DNA of 64,000 nucleotides from Flectonema sp. DT1601 (lineage: Eukaryota): the NCBI GenBank assembly GCA_964019425.1, contig OZ025795.1, forward strand, positions 620,001-684,000, in the 5' to 3' direction. How positions within the stretch are numbered: the stretch's first letter is position 1; the number at the start of each line of letters is the position of its first letter. The translations under genes were made by a program, and so were the position numbers. Shown here piece after piece: positions 10,906-20,965 of this stretch. The notes beneath the pieces are model-generated. The model saw nothing but the letters and a program-made list of their open reading frames with translations. It had not been told where the DNA came from and ran no database searches.

Positions 10906-12973
10906 ATGTCGGAACTGGAACAATTATTATCATCAAAGACAACAATGGAATTGAAGTTAGAAGAAGTGATGTCAACGGTACCAGTTAATATGAGTCAATT
11001 AGTAAAGATAAAAATAGGTAAGAACTGCAACACTGAAATCCTATCCAAACTAGATTCTGACGAACAGGAAATGGTAGCGACTATGGCAGAACAGTTGAAA
11101 GCATCGTTAGAGCTGATGTCGATGGATGAAAGAAAATCAGTTTTTCACGATTGTCTTAATGAATGTTCAATTGAAATACAACGAGCTCTTGACAACTCAG
11201 CATCCTCCAGGGCTAACTTCAATTGGGTGCCTCACGACTTATCTCACGAGTTGTTATCAATTGTAACCGACAAGTGGGATCAGGCTCGCTCACTTTATCA
11301 GAACTTCCTCGACGAGGACAAGTCTCGTCAAAGAAAGTGGACTGCAGTCTCAGAAGATATCTCTCGAGAGTTCACTCCAGGGGCTACATCACAACCAGAA
11401 CTAGAACACGATTCCCTTGAAGAAAAGAAACTTGGTTGGAATCGAGAGTGGACTTGGAGAAGAAGAGCACAATTTAATTGGGGTGTTGAGACCCTAATGA
11501 GTGGATTGGAAACCAAAGATGAGTTTCACACTGAAGCAAGGAGGCGAATAGAATTACTGAGCAATCACATTCCTGTAGTAGAAGGATGCAAGCAAGCTTT
11601 GAAATCTGTGATTGACGCTTTCTGGAACATTACTTCTGACAGGGCACCCAGAGCTTATCAACATTCTATTGCTGGTGCGATTGATAACAAACAGAACTTT
11701 ATAAAAGAATTGTCGTCTGACGTCGAGTACATTGAAAAGGAACTCGCCATGGTCCACAATGGTAATCTACAACAACGTAAAAACTTTGAGGATACCGAAG
11801 TAACTGGGGGGACAGCAATGGTCGCCCTCCTGGCGGAATATAAAACTCTCAACCAACAGCTGACAAGTCTCCCAATTGAAAAAGAAGAAGCAATTGTAGA
11901 GCCAACATCCAGACTGGCTGACTTAAAAAATCAACGAGAAGAAGAAGTTCAACGAGCTTTAAAAAAGAGTCAAGACTACTTGTCTGAGAACATGCAGCTA
12001 CAAAATGAATGTAAAGAACAACTTGAAAAGATTGAAGCGAAATTCAAGCAACGCGAGGCAGACGTTGAATCAAAAATACGTGACAACGAAGACAAACAGA
12101 GACTTGCAGAAGAAGAACATCACAAACAGGCAGTAAAACGCCTGGATAATGAAGCCAAGAGATGTGAAGTAATAAAACAATTAATAACGGATGCGGAGGA
12201 GTTGATCCAACGTTATAAAAAAACAATCGAAACGAATGAAGCAGAACTGTCCTATCCAAAAGCCACACTCATACCATTCAGCCATTCCTTCACACTAACT
12301 CTTCTAAACTGCCAACGAGACTATTTAGTCGGTCTTAGTGACTATGAAGATATAGTTCCCAATCACATGATTGAATTGATAAAACCATCTTTTGTACTTC
12401 GATCAAGGCTTTGCTCTTCACTCATACAAGCATGCAACGATATCGATGAGGTACTTGAGGCCTGCAAAGTTCAGATAGAATTCTGTAACGGTTTGCATTA
12501 TTTACTTTTCTGTCATTTCAATCAATAAATAATAATAAATAACAGAGACACAAGATCCTAAAAGAGACGCAGTTACAGAGATCCAGGACAACATAAAACG
12601 ACAGCGAGCAGACTTCTTGCAGGAAATTGCTGAAGTAAAAGATTCAATGGATCGTGATGATGAGGTCTGGGAAAAACTTGGGAAATCAAAAGAAGAACTT
12701 TGGCAAGCAGTACTCGACCAACTTGGTGTAGATGACACTGCTGATGTTATGAATGCCTCAAATGTTATCCCAGGAGGTACTACTTCTCCAAAGCGAACCA
12801 AGGCAAGAGAAAGAATTAAGTTCCCGAGTTCGAGTGTTCCAAAAGGGTTTCATCTCCCTTGTAAACTACGAGGCTCAGTTCAAACGATGACAACAATTCC
12901 AGACATGAACTCGGAGTCTGTTGAACAAAACAGTACGGCAGCTAGACAGCTGCCACCAATTCCAGCGGGTTGA
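10906..12973 (+). CDS. Long coiled-coil protein of unknown function, 2 exons
   Basis: Exons 10906-12490 and 12546-12973. Intron 12491-12545 (GTTTGC..AACAG) joins the 540-aa and 118-aa ORFs in frame. E/K/Q/L-rich heptad composition. Confidence 0.8.
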
Positions 12974-13340
12974 CAAAATGGTTGAAATCTTCACTTCTGT
13001 GTTGATTGTTACCTCTTCAGGGAACGCTCCCTTCGCCTGTACCAATTTACCAACCTTCTTGTAGCGATTGGCTGTTTCTGCAGTCGTTATCGTAGTACGA
13101 ATATTTTCTTTTTTGAATATTTAAAAAAGTTCTAATGAACAGATCACAGGTATTATTTCTTCTGATCAGGTGATGCAAAACTATTGACAGGGAGGGCAGC
13201 ACATGGAGTAGTGGACTGCGACGGGATCTGATCATCTTCAATCCCCACACTCGTTCTTGATTATTGAAGACATTCGTTGTTAAAAAATTCCAGTCAGAAA
13301 AAAAAAAAAAAAAAATCAAAAAAAAAGAACAAAAAAGAAA

Positions 13341-13808
13341 ATGGATAACGAGAACCCGACCATTTACGGAGTGGAAGAGGTCTGTCGAAAGGATAACTTT
13401 TGCGTAAACGACGAAGAGACTTCCGAACCAATTGACGCTCTCGAGATATTTGAGTTAGTGAAGGGAATTAAAGATCCAGAACACCCTCAAACTTTAGAAG
13501 AACTTCGTGTATTAAAATTAAATGATGTCATCGTTAACGACAGGTCAAAAGTAGTTCTCGTGAATATGACACCAACTGTACCTCACTGCTCTCAAGTTAC
13601 TCTAATAGGGCTCTGTGTGAGAGTCAAACTGTTACGATGCCTAACCGATAAGTTCAAAGTTGATATAAAAATTGCAGCTGGTTCTCACAACCAAGAAGAG
13701 CAAGCCAACAAACAACTAAACGACAAAGAGAGAGTAGCTGCTGCCTTAGAGAACGCTAACTTAATGGAAGTTGTTAATAATTGTATCCTAGGAACTGAAC
13801 CACGTTAA
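13341..13808 (+). CDS. CIAO2B: Cytosolic Fe-S assembly component CIA2 / MIP18 / FAM96 family
   Basis: Motifs NENPTIY, IKDPEHPQTLEEL, TPTVPHCS..TLIGL and NKQLNDKERVAAALEN. Confidence 0.95.
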   Translation: MDNENPTIYGVEEVCRKDNFCVNDEETSEPIDALEIFELVKGIKDPEHPQTLEELRVLKLNDVIVNDRSKVVLVNMTPTVPHCSQVTLIGLCVRVKLLRCLTDKFKVDIKIAAGSHNQEEQANKQLNDKERVAAALENANLMEVVNNCILGTEPR

Positions 13809-14369
13809 AGTTGTATTTGAGGAGTCAGGTAATCATTCACTAAGGACAGATTTTTTAATTTGAAAACAAAACAAAAAATAAAGAAACAGAAGATCCTGGG
13901 GCTGGACTCACAGTGTCTGACAGCCATAAACAACAGTTATCAAAACAACTATCCTGTTAGTATTCTTGAGGATTATTCTTTTACCGTGATCGAGTTATAA
14001 AGATCCAATTCATCAGTTGCCAGTAATCGACTGCAGCGATTGCAAAAGCAGCTGATGCAGCTGACGGCAGTACTTACTGTGTTTGATCAAAAGTGAGACC
14101 TTGCCTGCTTACTAACCAGTGAGGGAGTGAAAGAAGTTGATCATTATTTCCCCTCTTGTTTTCCCAAACTGGCCAGAGATGATTTCATTTACGACATTGA
14201 CAACCCGGTCTTGGTCTTTGCTGCTGCCTATCTAACTTCCTTCTATTTGAACAGGTAGTCAGCTGAATATTTGACAAGCATCCAATAATTTGAGTCATTT
14301 CTGTAATTTACGACTCTGGTGTATAAAATCGTCGTCTTGTTCTGCTGAACAGGTTCACCGAAATGAACG

Positions 14370-16001
14370 ATGCAAGGCTGCATGGAGCTTCTGAAGCGTG
14401 CTACTAAAAGAGAGGAAGAGGCACAGGACAAGTTACTACATTATCGGTCACATTTTCCAGATGAAGTTGGAATGATTACAGCGATGAAATCAGAAATCGA
14501 CGAATTGAATTCTGAAAAGCAGGAGTATCGACTTCTGTTGAAGTATTTTTCTGATAAACAAACAATCGAACCATCAGTACCTGAAGCAGAGGGCTGTGTA
14601 GTAGTGCGGACATCCGATCAGAAAATGTTTTCGATTTCGAGAGCAGCAGCTGAAGAGCATTCAGGTTATTTCCGAGCGCTCTTTGAAACTGATTGTAAGG
14701 AAGTGGTATCAGGTGTTGTGGATTTGCAGATCATGTCGAGTGACTTTCAACATCTTTTTGATATGTTTACGTATCCTCCCTCGGCCATTGGAGGTCTCGT
14801 CGGGAAGAATCTGAGCTCCTACGAATTTGCAAAGCTGCTGTACAATGCGAAGTATTTTCAAATGACAAGTTGGATAATTCATCTGCTGCGTAATGTGAAC
14901 GAATGCTGTTCTTCTTCTTATGAAGAAAGTATCCGAGTTTGTGAAGTCTGTTCAGGACATCACATCTGTACCATTCCATGTCCGAGTTGTAGTAAACCAG
15001 TTTGTGTCGGATGTCGTGAAGTTTGTATTTTATGTCGGCTTTCACATTGTATAAACTGTTCTGATTGTAAAGGCTGGTGTTGGGGAACCGTATCAAAAGA
15101 ACCTGCTCTCTGTTTGGTTAGTGACTCGAAGTGCTTTTTTAGCGCCGTTTCATTTTCATTGGACTCTAAATACATCGCCACCGCCAACTACGACAACACA
15201 GCAAATGTGTGGAGTGTTGAAACAGGGCAGTTAGTTAAACGATTTAGAGGACACGACGATTACGTAATTTCTTGCAGCTTTTCTAATGATGGGAAATACA
15301 TAGTCACTGCGAGTTACGATAAAAGTGCTAGAATATGGTCTATAGAACAAAGTGATGTCGTAGTCTTAGAGGGGCATACGGCTTATGTCTATTGCGCCCG
15401 TTTTTCTGCTGACGATCAAAGTGTCGCAACATCGAGTTGCGATAAAACAATTAAGGTTTGGAACCCCGCAACTGGTGACTTACTCAAAACAATCGACAGC
15501 AATGGAAGTGGGATACGCAGCATTTGTTACTCCAGAGACGGAAAATACCTCGTCAGCGGGAGTGTTGATTTTTCTGTTAAAGTGTGGGATGCGAAAACTT
15601 ACGAACAGATATCTGTTTTCAAGGACCACTTGAACAGCGTCACAGGTGTCGCCTTCTCCAACGACTCGAAACTTCTTGCCAGCTGTAGTTCTGATAAGTC
15701 GATTCGAATATACGATTTGGGTGGTGAGGTAGCTGTGAAGATTCTAACAGGACACGCTGACGGAGTAAATAATATTTCGTTCTCTCCAGATGGTCGTTTC
15801 CTCGCCTCCGGAGGAAATGACAACATCAGAATCTGGGACCTCGACACCGGATCGGATGATTTGGTTATTAATATCCATACAAACCGTGTGAAAGATGTTT
15901 GCTTCTCAAGCGACGGCCGATACCTCGCCAGTGCCAGCTACGACAGTACGGTTCGAGTGTGGGGAGGTGGAGATAACGTTCTTGCAAAGACAGACAGTTA
16001 A
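14370..16001 (+). CDS. Coiled-coil + BTB/POZ-like + Cys-rich + WD40 repeat protein
   Basis: BTB-like SGYFRALF..AKYFQM, a CxxC cluster, and about seven WD40 repeats (GH..SxDxxxxxW). Confidence 0.88.
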   Translation: MQGCMELLKRATKREEEAQDKLLHYRSHFPDEVGMITAMKSEIDELNSEKQEYRLLLKYFSDKQTIEPSVPEAEGCVVVRTSDQKMFSISRAAAEEHSGYFRALFETDCKEVVSGVVDLQIMSSDFQHLFDMFTYPPSAIGGLVGKNLSSYEFAKLLYNAKYFQMTSWIIHLLRNVNECCSSSYEESIRVCEVCSGHHICTIPCPSCSKPVCVGCREVCILCRLSHCINCSDCKGWCWGTVSKEPALCLVSDSKCFFSAVSFSLDSKYIATANYDNTANVWSVETGQLVKRFRGHDDYVISCSFSNDGKYIVTASYDKSARIWSIEQSDVVVLEGHTAYVYCARFSADDQSVATSSCDKTIKVWNPATGDLLKTIDSNGSGIRSICYSRDGKYLVSGSVDFSVKVWDAKTYEQISVFKDHLNSVTGVAFSNDSKLLASCSSDKSIRIYDLGGEVAVKILTGHADGVNNISFSPDGRFLASGGNDNIRIWDLDTGSDDLVINIHTNRVKDVCFSSDGRYLASASYDSTVRVWGGGDNVLAKTDS

Positions 16002-16079
16002 AAAGCTATTTTTTGTCTTGACTGATTCCTTTCTTTCGTGAAATGTTTTTTCTTCCCCAAGTAGTTCAGCTCTTAAAAA

Positions 16080-16430
16080 ATGTCGTGTGCTGGAATTCAA
16101 TTTGTCTGCCCTGAAATCAATTGCTGTTTGAAGGGAAGATGTGGAACTTCTTCAGAGTGCGAAGAAAAGTTATCAGCGGGTGTTGCTATCGCTAGTGCTG
16201 TTTACTTTGTGTCCTGGCTTGTTGGAGTTATCGGATGGCTGTACTTTAAGAAGAGGGGTTGTTTCGGAAAGGATCAACCGGATCAGGCAGTTCAAGAGTA
16301 CGAATACGCGCCGCAACCGCAAGGTTACGTCGCACCTGTTCCAGGACACGCTTATCCTCAGTACGCTCATCAGGGGCCTCCTCCACAAGCACATTATGGT
16401 GTTCCTATGGTCATGAGTCCACAGCGTTAG
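16080..16430 (+). CDS. Small single-pass membrane protein: Cys-rich N-terminus, TM, Pro/Tyr/Gln-rich tail (Shisa-like layout)
   Basis: Six Cys, then a hydrophobic segment AIASAVYFVSWLVGVIGWLYF followed by KKR, then a PY-rich tail. Acceptor AG directly upstream. Confidence 0.75.
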   Translation: MSCAGIQFVCPEINCCLKGRCGTSSECEEKLSAGVAIASAVYFVSWLVGVIGWLYFKKRGCFGKDQPDQAVQEYEYAPQPQGYVAPVPGHAYPQYAHQGPPPQAHYGVPMVMSPQR

Positions 16431-18359
16431 TGTTAACTTTGTTATTTCTTTTATTAGTTTCTTTCAGAGTATTTGTTGCTTCGTATTATTTACCCTTACT
16501 GACAATCTATGATTTATATTATTTTATAATGTTTTCTTCTTTAGCTGAAGAAACTTACTGAAAGCCACAACCACAGTAGTCCTTACTCTGTTTGATTGGA
16601 TTACTGCAACCCGTCGACCATTCGCAAGGAACGGCAGGGGCAGGGACACTGTTGTAGTCTGGTCCATGATTTCTATTTATCTTTCTGTTTCTTGTGAAGT
16701 GAGACTGATGTTGCCTTCATTGATGTGATCAAAATGCACACTACTTTTTTATTTTTAATCCCAATAAACAGTTTAGTAGTAGTATTGTTGTTGTTATTTA
16801 GTTACGTTACTTCTGGCGGCGTGTCGTCGGAAAACAACTGACTATCGGGGAACAACGTGTTTTTGACTTTTCTTTTTTTTATATTGTGATTTAGTGCACA
16901 TTTTTATATAAACTCATATTCTAACTGTCGGGGTTTGATTTCTTTTTGACTGGCAGTACCGATCTCTGTGCGAGTGAAAGCTTTAGCATAATTCACCTCA
17001 CAGGAATTAATGAATATTCGAAGACACAAAATAATGCTCAAAACTTGATACCTTCGGCGGTATTATTTTATTCGCAGCCATTTGCTACTGACAGTCAAGA
17101 TTGTCTGAAGTAGTAGTTCCTATGAGATTGCTTAGGTATCTCATTACCCCCTTTTTTTCTGAATAGGACTTTACGGGAATGGCTTCCGAGCTGAAGGGTC
17201 AAGCTGTGGGGCACGATTCAGTGACAGCAGCTAGCGGCTCGCCAAGCTGCAGGTGACCGTTATCCGGGTCAGGGGATTAACTAACAGGCACCGCCATGGT
17301 TGAGAGGCCTTCAACACCGTGGCGGATAGGCAAGAGGAGCTGGGAGATGGCGATTGAGAAGTCCAAGCAGGACGGGGTATTGAAGACTGAGCAACAGAAG
17401 CGGGAGGAATTGCGGGTGGCGGTGCCAAACCCCGGTTTACAAGCATGCAGTGCCGTTTCCCATTGCCCTTCGTGATGAGTTGCTTAATGCATCGAATTAT
17501 TCCTCCAGAGGCTGTATTGAGATTAACACTATTAGTCTTAGTATTACCATGCATTCTCTTAAAGTTGTTTTTATTGCTTCATTGGCTGCAAAAATTCATT
17601 CAGCTTTGCAAGGTGGTATCCGTGATATAGTTGCTAGAAAGTCCTCAAAAGTTAAGCAACAAGCGACGTCAAAAATTCAATAATCACGAGTAGAGCATCC
17701 AAGTATATTAGTTCCTGAGATTGGTACAGATAAGGGGATTAGACTAGACTTAGGATTGTTACTGTTATCAAACTCACCAGAATCTGGAAACACCGGGTTC
17801 TGATGAGGGAGACCCATGAGAGACCCATGCATCGTGGTGCAGGGCTTCTCCAACAGGTTGGGGCTAAATTGTGCAACAAAAAAAAGTAGAAGCCAGTGAA
17901 AGCGAATCAGAAACAGAAACCGGTGAAAGTGAAAATTGATCGGAATAAAAATTAGGTAACAGTAATCAATCAAGTTCATAATACTAACCAACCTGTTACC
18001 AATTCATTTATTAACAGGTTTGTATGAAAATGTTCAAGGAATTCAAAAAAAGTGTGATTTTTTTTTTTTTTTTTTTTTTTTTTTCCATGAACAGAACTGC
18101 AGAGCACTCACCCTTAAATAAATTATGGTTTTCTTCTGGAGAATCATCAGTTTTCCAGCTGATGAAAGAAAACTCTGTTCGGAAGGGAAAAAGCGGATCA
18201 GAAAACTGCCGAAAAAATCACTTGGAGAAACTTGAAAATCAGTTGGACCTGACTCTGACCGACTGATTTTGCAGAAGCATCCGTAAAAATTGGATCCCCT
18301 TCGATGCAACCATATGTGCGATAATACCAGGGATGCGGCGACGCAGAGTGGCTGCTAGG

Positions 18360-18790
18360 CAAAGAATCAACTTGGGAGAGTTGCTACTGAGGCAGGGCAT
18401 CCCAACACCATGGGCCACTACTATGTATCGTCACCTGCGCACCTAACGTACTTAGGGTGCACATTCAGCAGAACTAATAAAATGGGCAGTGTCGCGCTAA
18501 CGCACTTAACGGTTTCATAGCAGCATGTGCCCTGGGACGTGGACTGAATTGGCATCATGGGTGATCGATGCAGAACGCAAGGTGATAAGAATCGCCACTG
18601 ATGCTAGTGGTTCTGGTTGGGGGGGTTGTCTTGTTGGCTTCTTTTGGGGGATTTTGGGGTTCCTTCGTGAATCCTCAGGTATACGATATTTATGTGAAGG
18701 AAATGTATGCTGTGCTATGGGTCATTGAATTGAATCATCAACTCCTCGGCATACATACCGCGGTTAAGCGTGGGTACACTCTAGTGGGGC
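18360..18790 (+). mobile_element. Degenerate RT/RNase H remnant of a DIRS-like (tyrosine-recombinase) retroelement
   Basis: LTYLGCTF (RT YLG motif, 18449), then IATDASGSGWGG (18591) and frameshifted DIYVKEMYAVLW (18685). Order and motifs match DIRS-type RNase H (TDAS..GWG, INxxELxAV). Confidence 0.65.
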
Positions 18791-19019
18791 AGGCGTCTCC
18801 GATGCTAGGGGGTGTTGGCAGGCCCGCAGCCTTCGAGGTGCAATCAAAAAAGGTAGACCGGTCCTCCTTCTGCGCTGCGACTCCAGCTTATACATGCATA
18901 TGATGTAGTGCTGGGTCGCACAGGCACGGGCTATTTTATAAGGGGTCCGGTTGCACAAACAAAATAAAAGTGTGAGTGAGTAAGTAAAAAGTGATCCTGA
19001 TGCGACGCACCTACACTGA

Positions 19020-19700
19020 CACTGCTTTTCCTTTTGGGATATGTGCCCCCTTTCTTTTTATCTCCTTCTGCTCAGCTTGGTAACTGGTTGTCTCTAAATG
19101 TTTGCGGATCTGGTTTGACAGCACGCACTTTCAGAACATCACAGTAATCACTGAAGTGCTCTCACCCTCGTGTTTCAAGTGTGAACTTCTTCCCTGGCCG
19201 GCATGGGGAGACTGCGACAGGCACTTCGGCATTCCCAATGCCAAAGAAGTTAACAAAATGCCTTTCAGTTTTATTTCCAGACTTGGTGGTGGTACCCAAA
19301 TCGAAACGGCCCACGCAGAAGTAATCTCACCACAGTAGATTACTTCTGCGTAGGGGGGGATCTCTTGCATGTTCATTCAATTAAGTATACTTCTCTTTCC
19401 CAGGTGCATACAGTATAGGAAGGCTAATTATCTCTCTACGAGTTGCTGAATGTATGAAGTTTAATATTTTGCACTTCCAGGGGAATTGCACTTGAGCGGG
19501 AGACATTCCAGACACTCATCAAGTAACCGGCTTCCCTTTAGCACTTTTAAGGAGCTTCCCCGAGTTTCTTCCTGATTGACTGGCCTGTCAGGCAGTAGTT
19601 ACACACATCAGTTTGGCGGGCCAGTTTGCGGAATTCTTCTTTTCTCATCCTACGAAAGGTTGTCATTGAAATCTTATCTCTGAGAGAGAGAGCTGCCTTC
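19020..19700. mobile_element. Rearranged DDE-type DNA transposase remnant (tentatively Sola-like)
   Basis: On +: LRIWFDSTHFQN (19102) and frameshifted VNFFPGRHG..CDRHFG (19181-19230). On -: ISMTTFRRMR..RQTDVCNYC (19547-19700). Family assignment is from memory of motifs only. Confidence 0.45.
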
Positions 19701-20965
19701 CTTCCGTTGCTGTCAAGTGTTTTAAAAACTCTCCTCCTCTTTCCAACTTCTAAACTACTTATCATCTCACCTACACAGGGGGAGCAACACATTTCCACAG
19801 ACTTGATATGCCAATAACATCCCTGGGCATGCTGTCAACATCGCCTCCTGAAAGGCACTCAAGCAGCTGTTTCGCTAATCTCACCCGTCTCTTTGTCGAC
19901 CCACTAGCACTGTTTCGCTCCCCCCATTGGAGCTGCCCACCAGCCACGAGCTTTGTCGTTAACACTAAGACATATCCACCCATTGTTTATTTTTGTAGTT
20001 TCTATTCTGACTCATATCAATAAATGAAACGAAAGTTATCAGTCAATAAAAAAACAACAAGATTTCAATCAAATGCAAAAACCCAAACAAATAATGATTG
20101 TTTTCGGGATTTAGTTAGCTAGTGGGGAATACTTATGTACAATAAATGTTTGTAACTACGAATGTATCTCAATGATTCGAATAATTAATTACACAAAAAA
20201 ACGTTATCATTCTTATTGTGAACACATTCTTCGAGCAATAGTTAGTATCATTAATTTTAGAACAGAAACGTGAGAACGACAATAAACAACAACATTTTAA
20301 ATCACGGCTTTTGTATTTTGAAACCTCTGATTCCGTTTCAATTGACTTCACTATTCGTTAAAAGCAAGCATTACGATTAGTGACAGTAGGTCACTGTAAT
20401 TCATCGATGTGCTTTTAGGATTGCTAATGCATCAATCAAAGACATCTAACAAACAATGGCTGGGTTTCGGGCTTCAAACACAAAAAAAAAGAGAGTAAGG
20501 AGAGGAAGATTCTTCATGCGAAGGTATGGCGATGGAGATAGACACGTTTATTGCACATACCGAATTTAATTGCACGCATTTCTGGTTAGGGTCGTTGCAA
20601 GCGTGAAATAATGTAACATTATCTGATTCCTATCGTAAAATAAAACGACGGTTTTAGATGCAAAATCAGGCTAACTGATTTTCAGGGGGATGAGTTACAG
20701 CAAAAATAAAGAAAGAAGTTCCACTATTTAAAAATATGTAATGGAGGATTTCAACAACAAAACAAAAACGAGGTAAACACCACTCGCTATAGTTGCTAAG
20801 CTGGAGATCAAAGGCAAACGTAAGGTAAACGAAACAGTCAAAAAAAAAAAAAAAAAAATAAAAAGTAAATTATATCTCCAAGATTGTTATGAAATGGAAC
20901 AACCAGTTGGAATATGAGTTTATTATAAAAAAGTGCACTAAATTAAAATATAAAAAAAAGAAAAA

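Larger units (their letters stand above)
16431..20965. other. Convergent strand-switch region between two unidirectional gene clusters
   Basis: All supported genes to the left are + and all to the right are -. No intact gene in the gap. Confidence 0.8.

Noticed and set aside
13870..14350. Coding-like stretch upstream of the BTB-WD40 gene
   Set aside because: No open frame or splice model on either strand.
17231..17991. Possible spliced - strand gene or pseudogene in the strand-switch gap
   Set aside because: Every splice model I tried retains in-frame stops, and no family motif was found.
16431..20965. tRNA or other Pol III genes, often found at convergent switches
   Set aside because: No cloverleaf or A/B-box pattern recognised by eye. 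tRNAscan-SE would be decisive.
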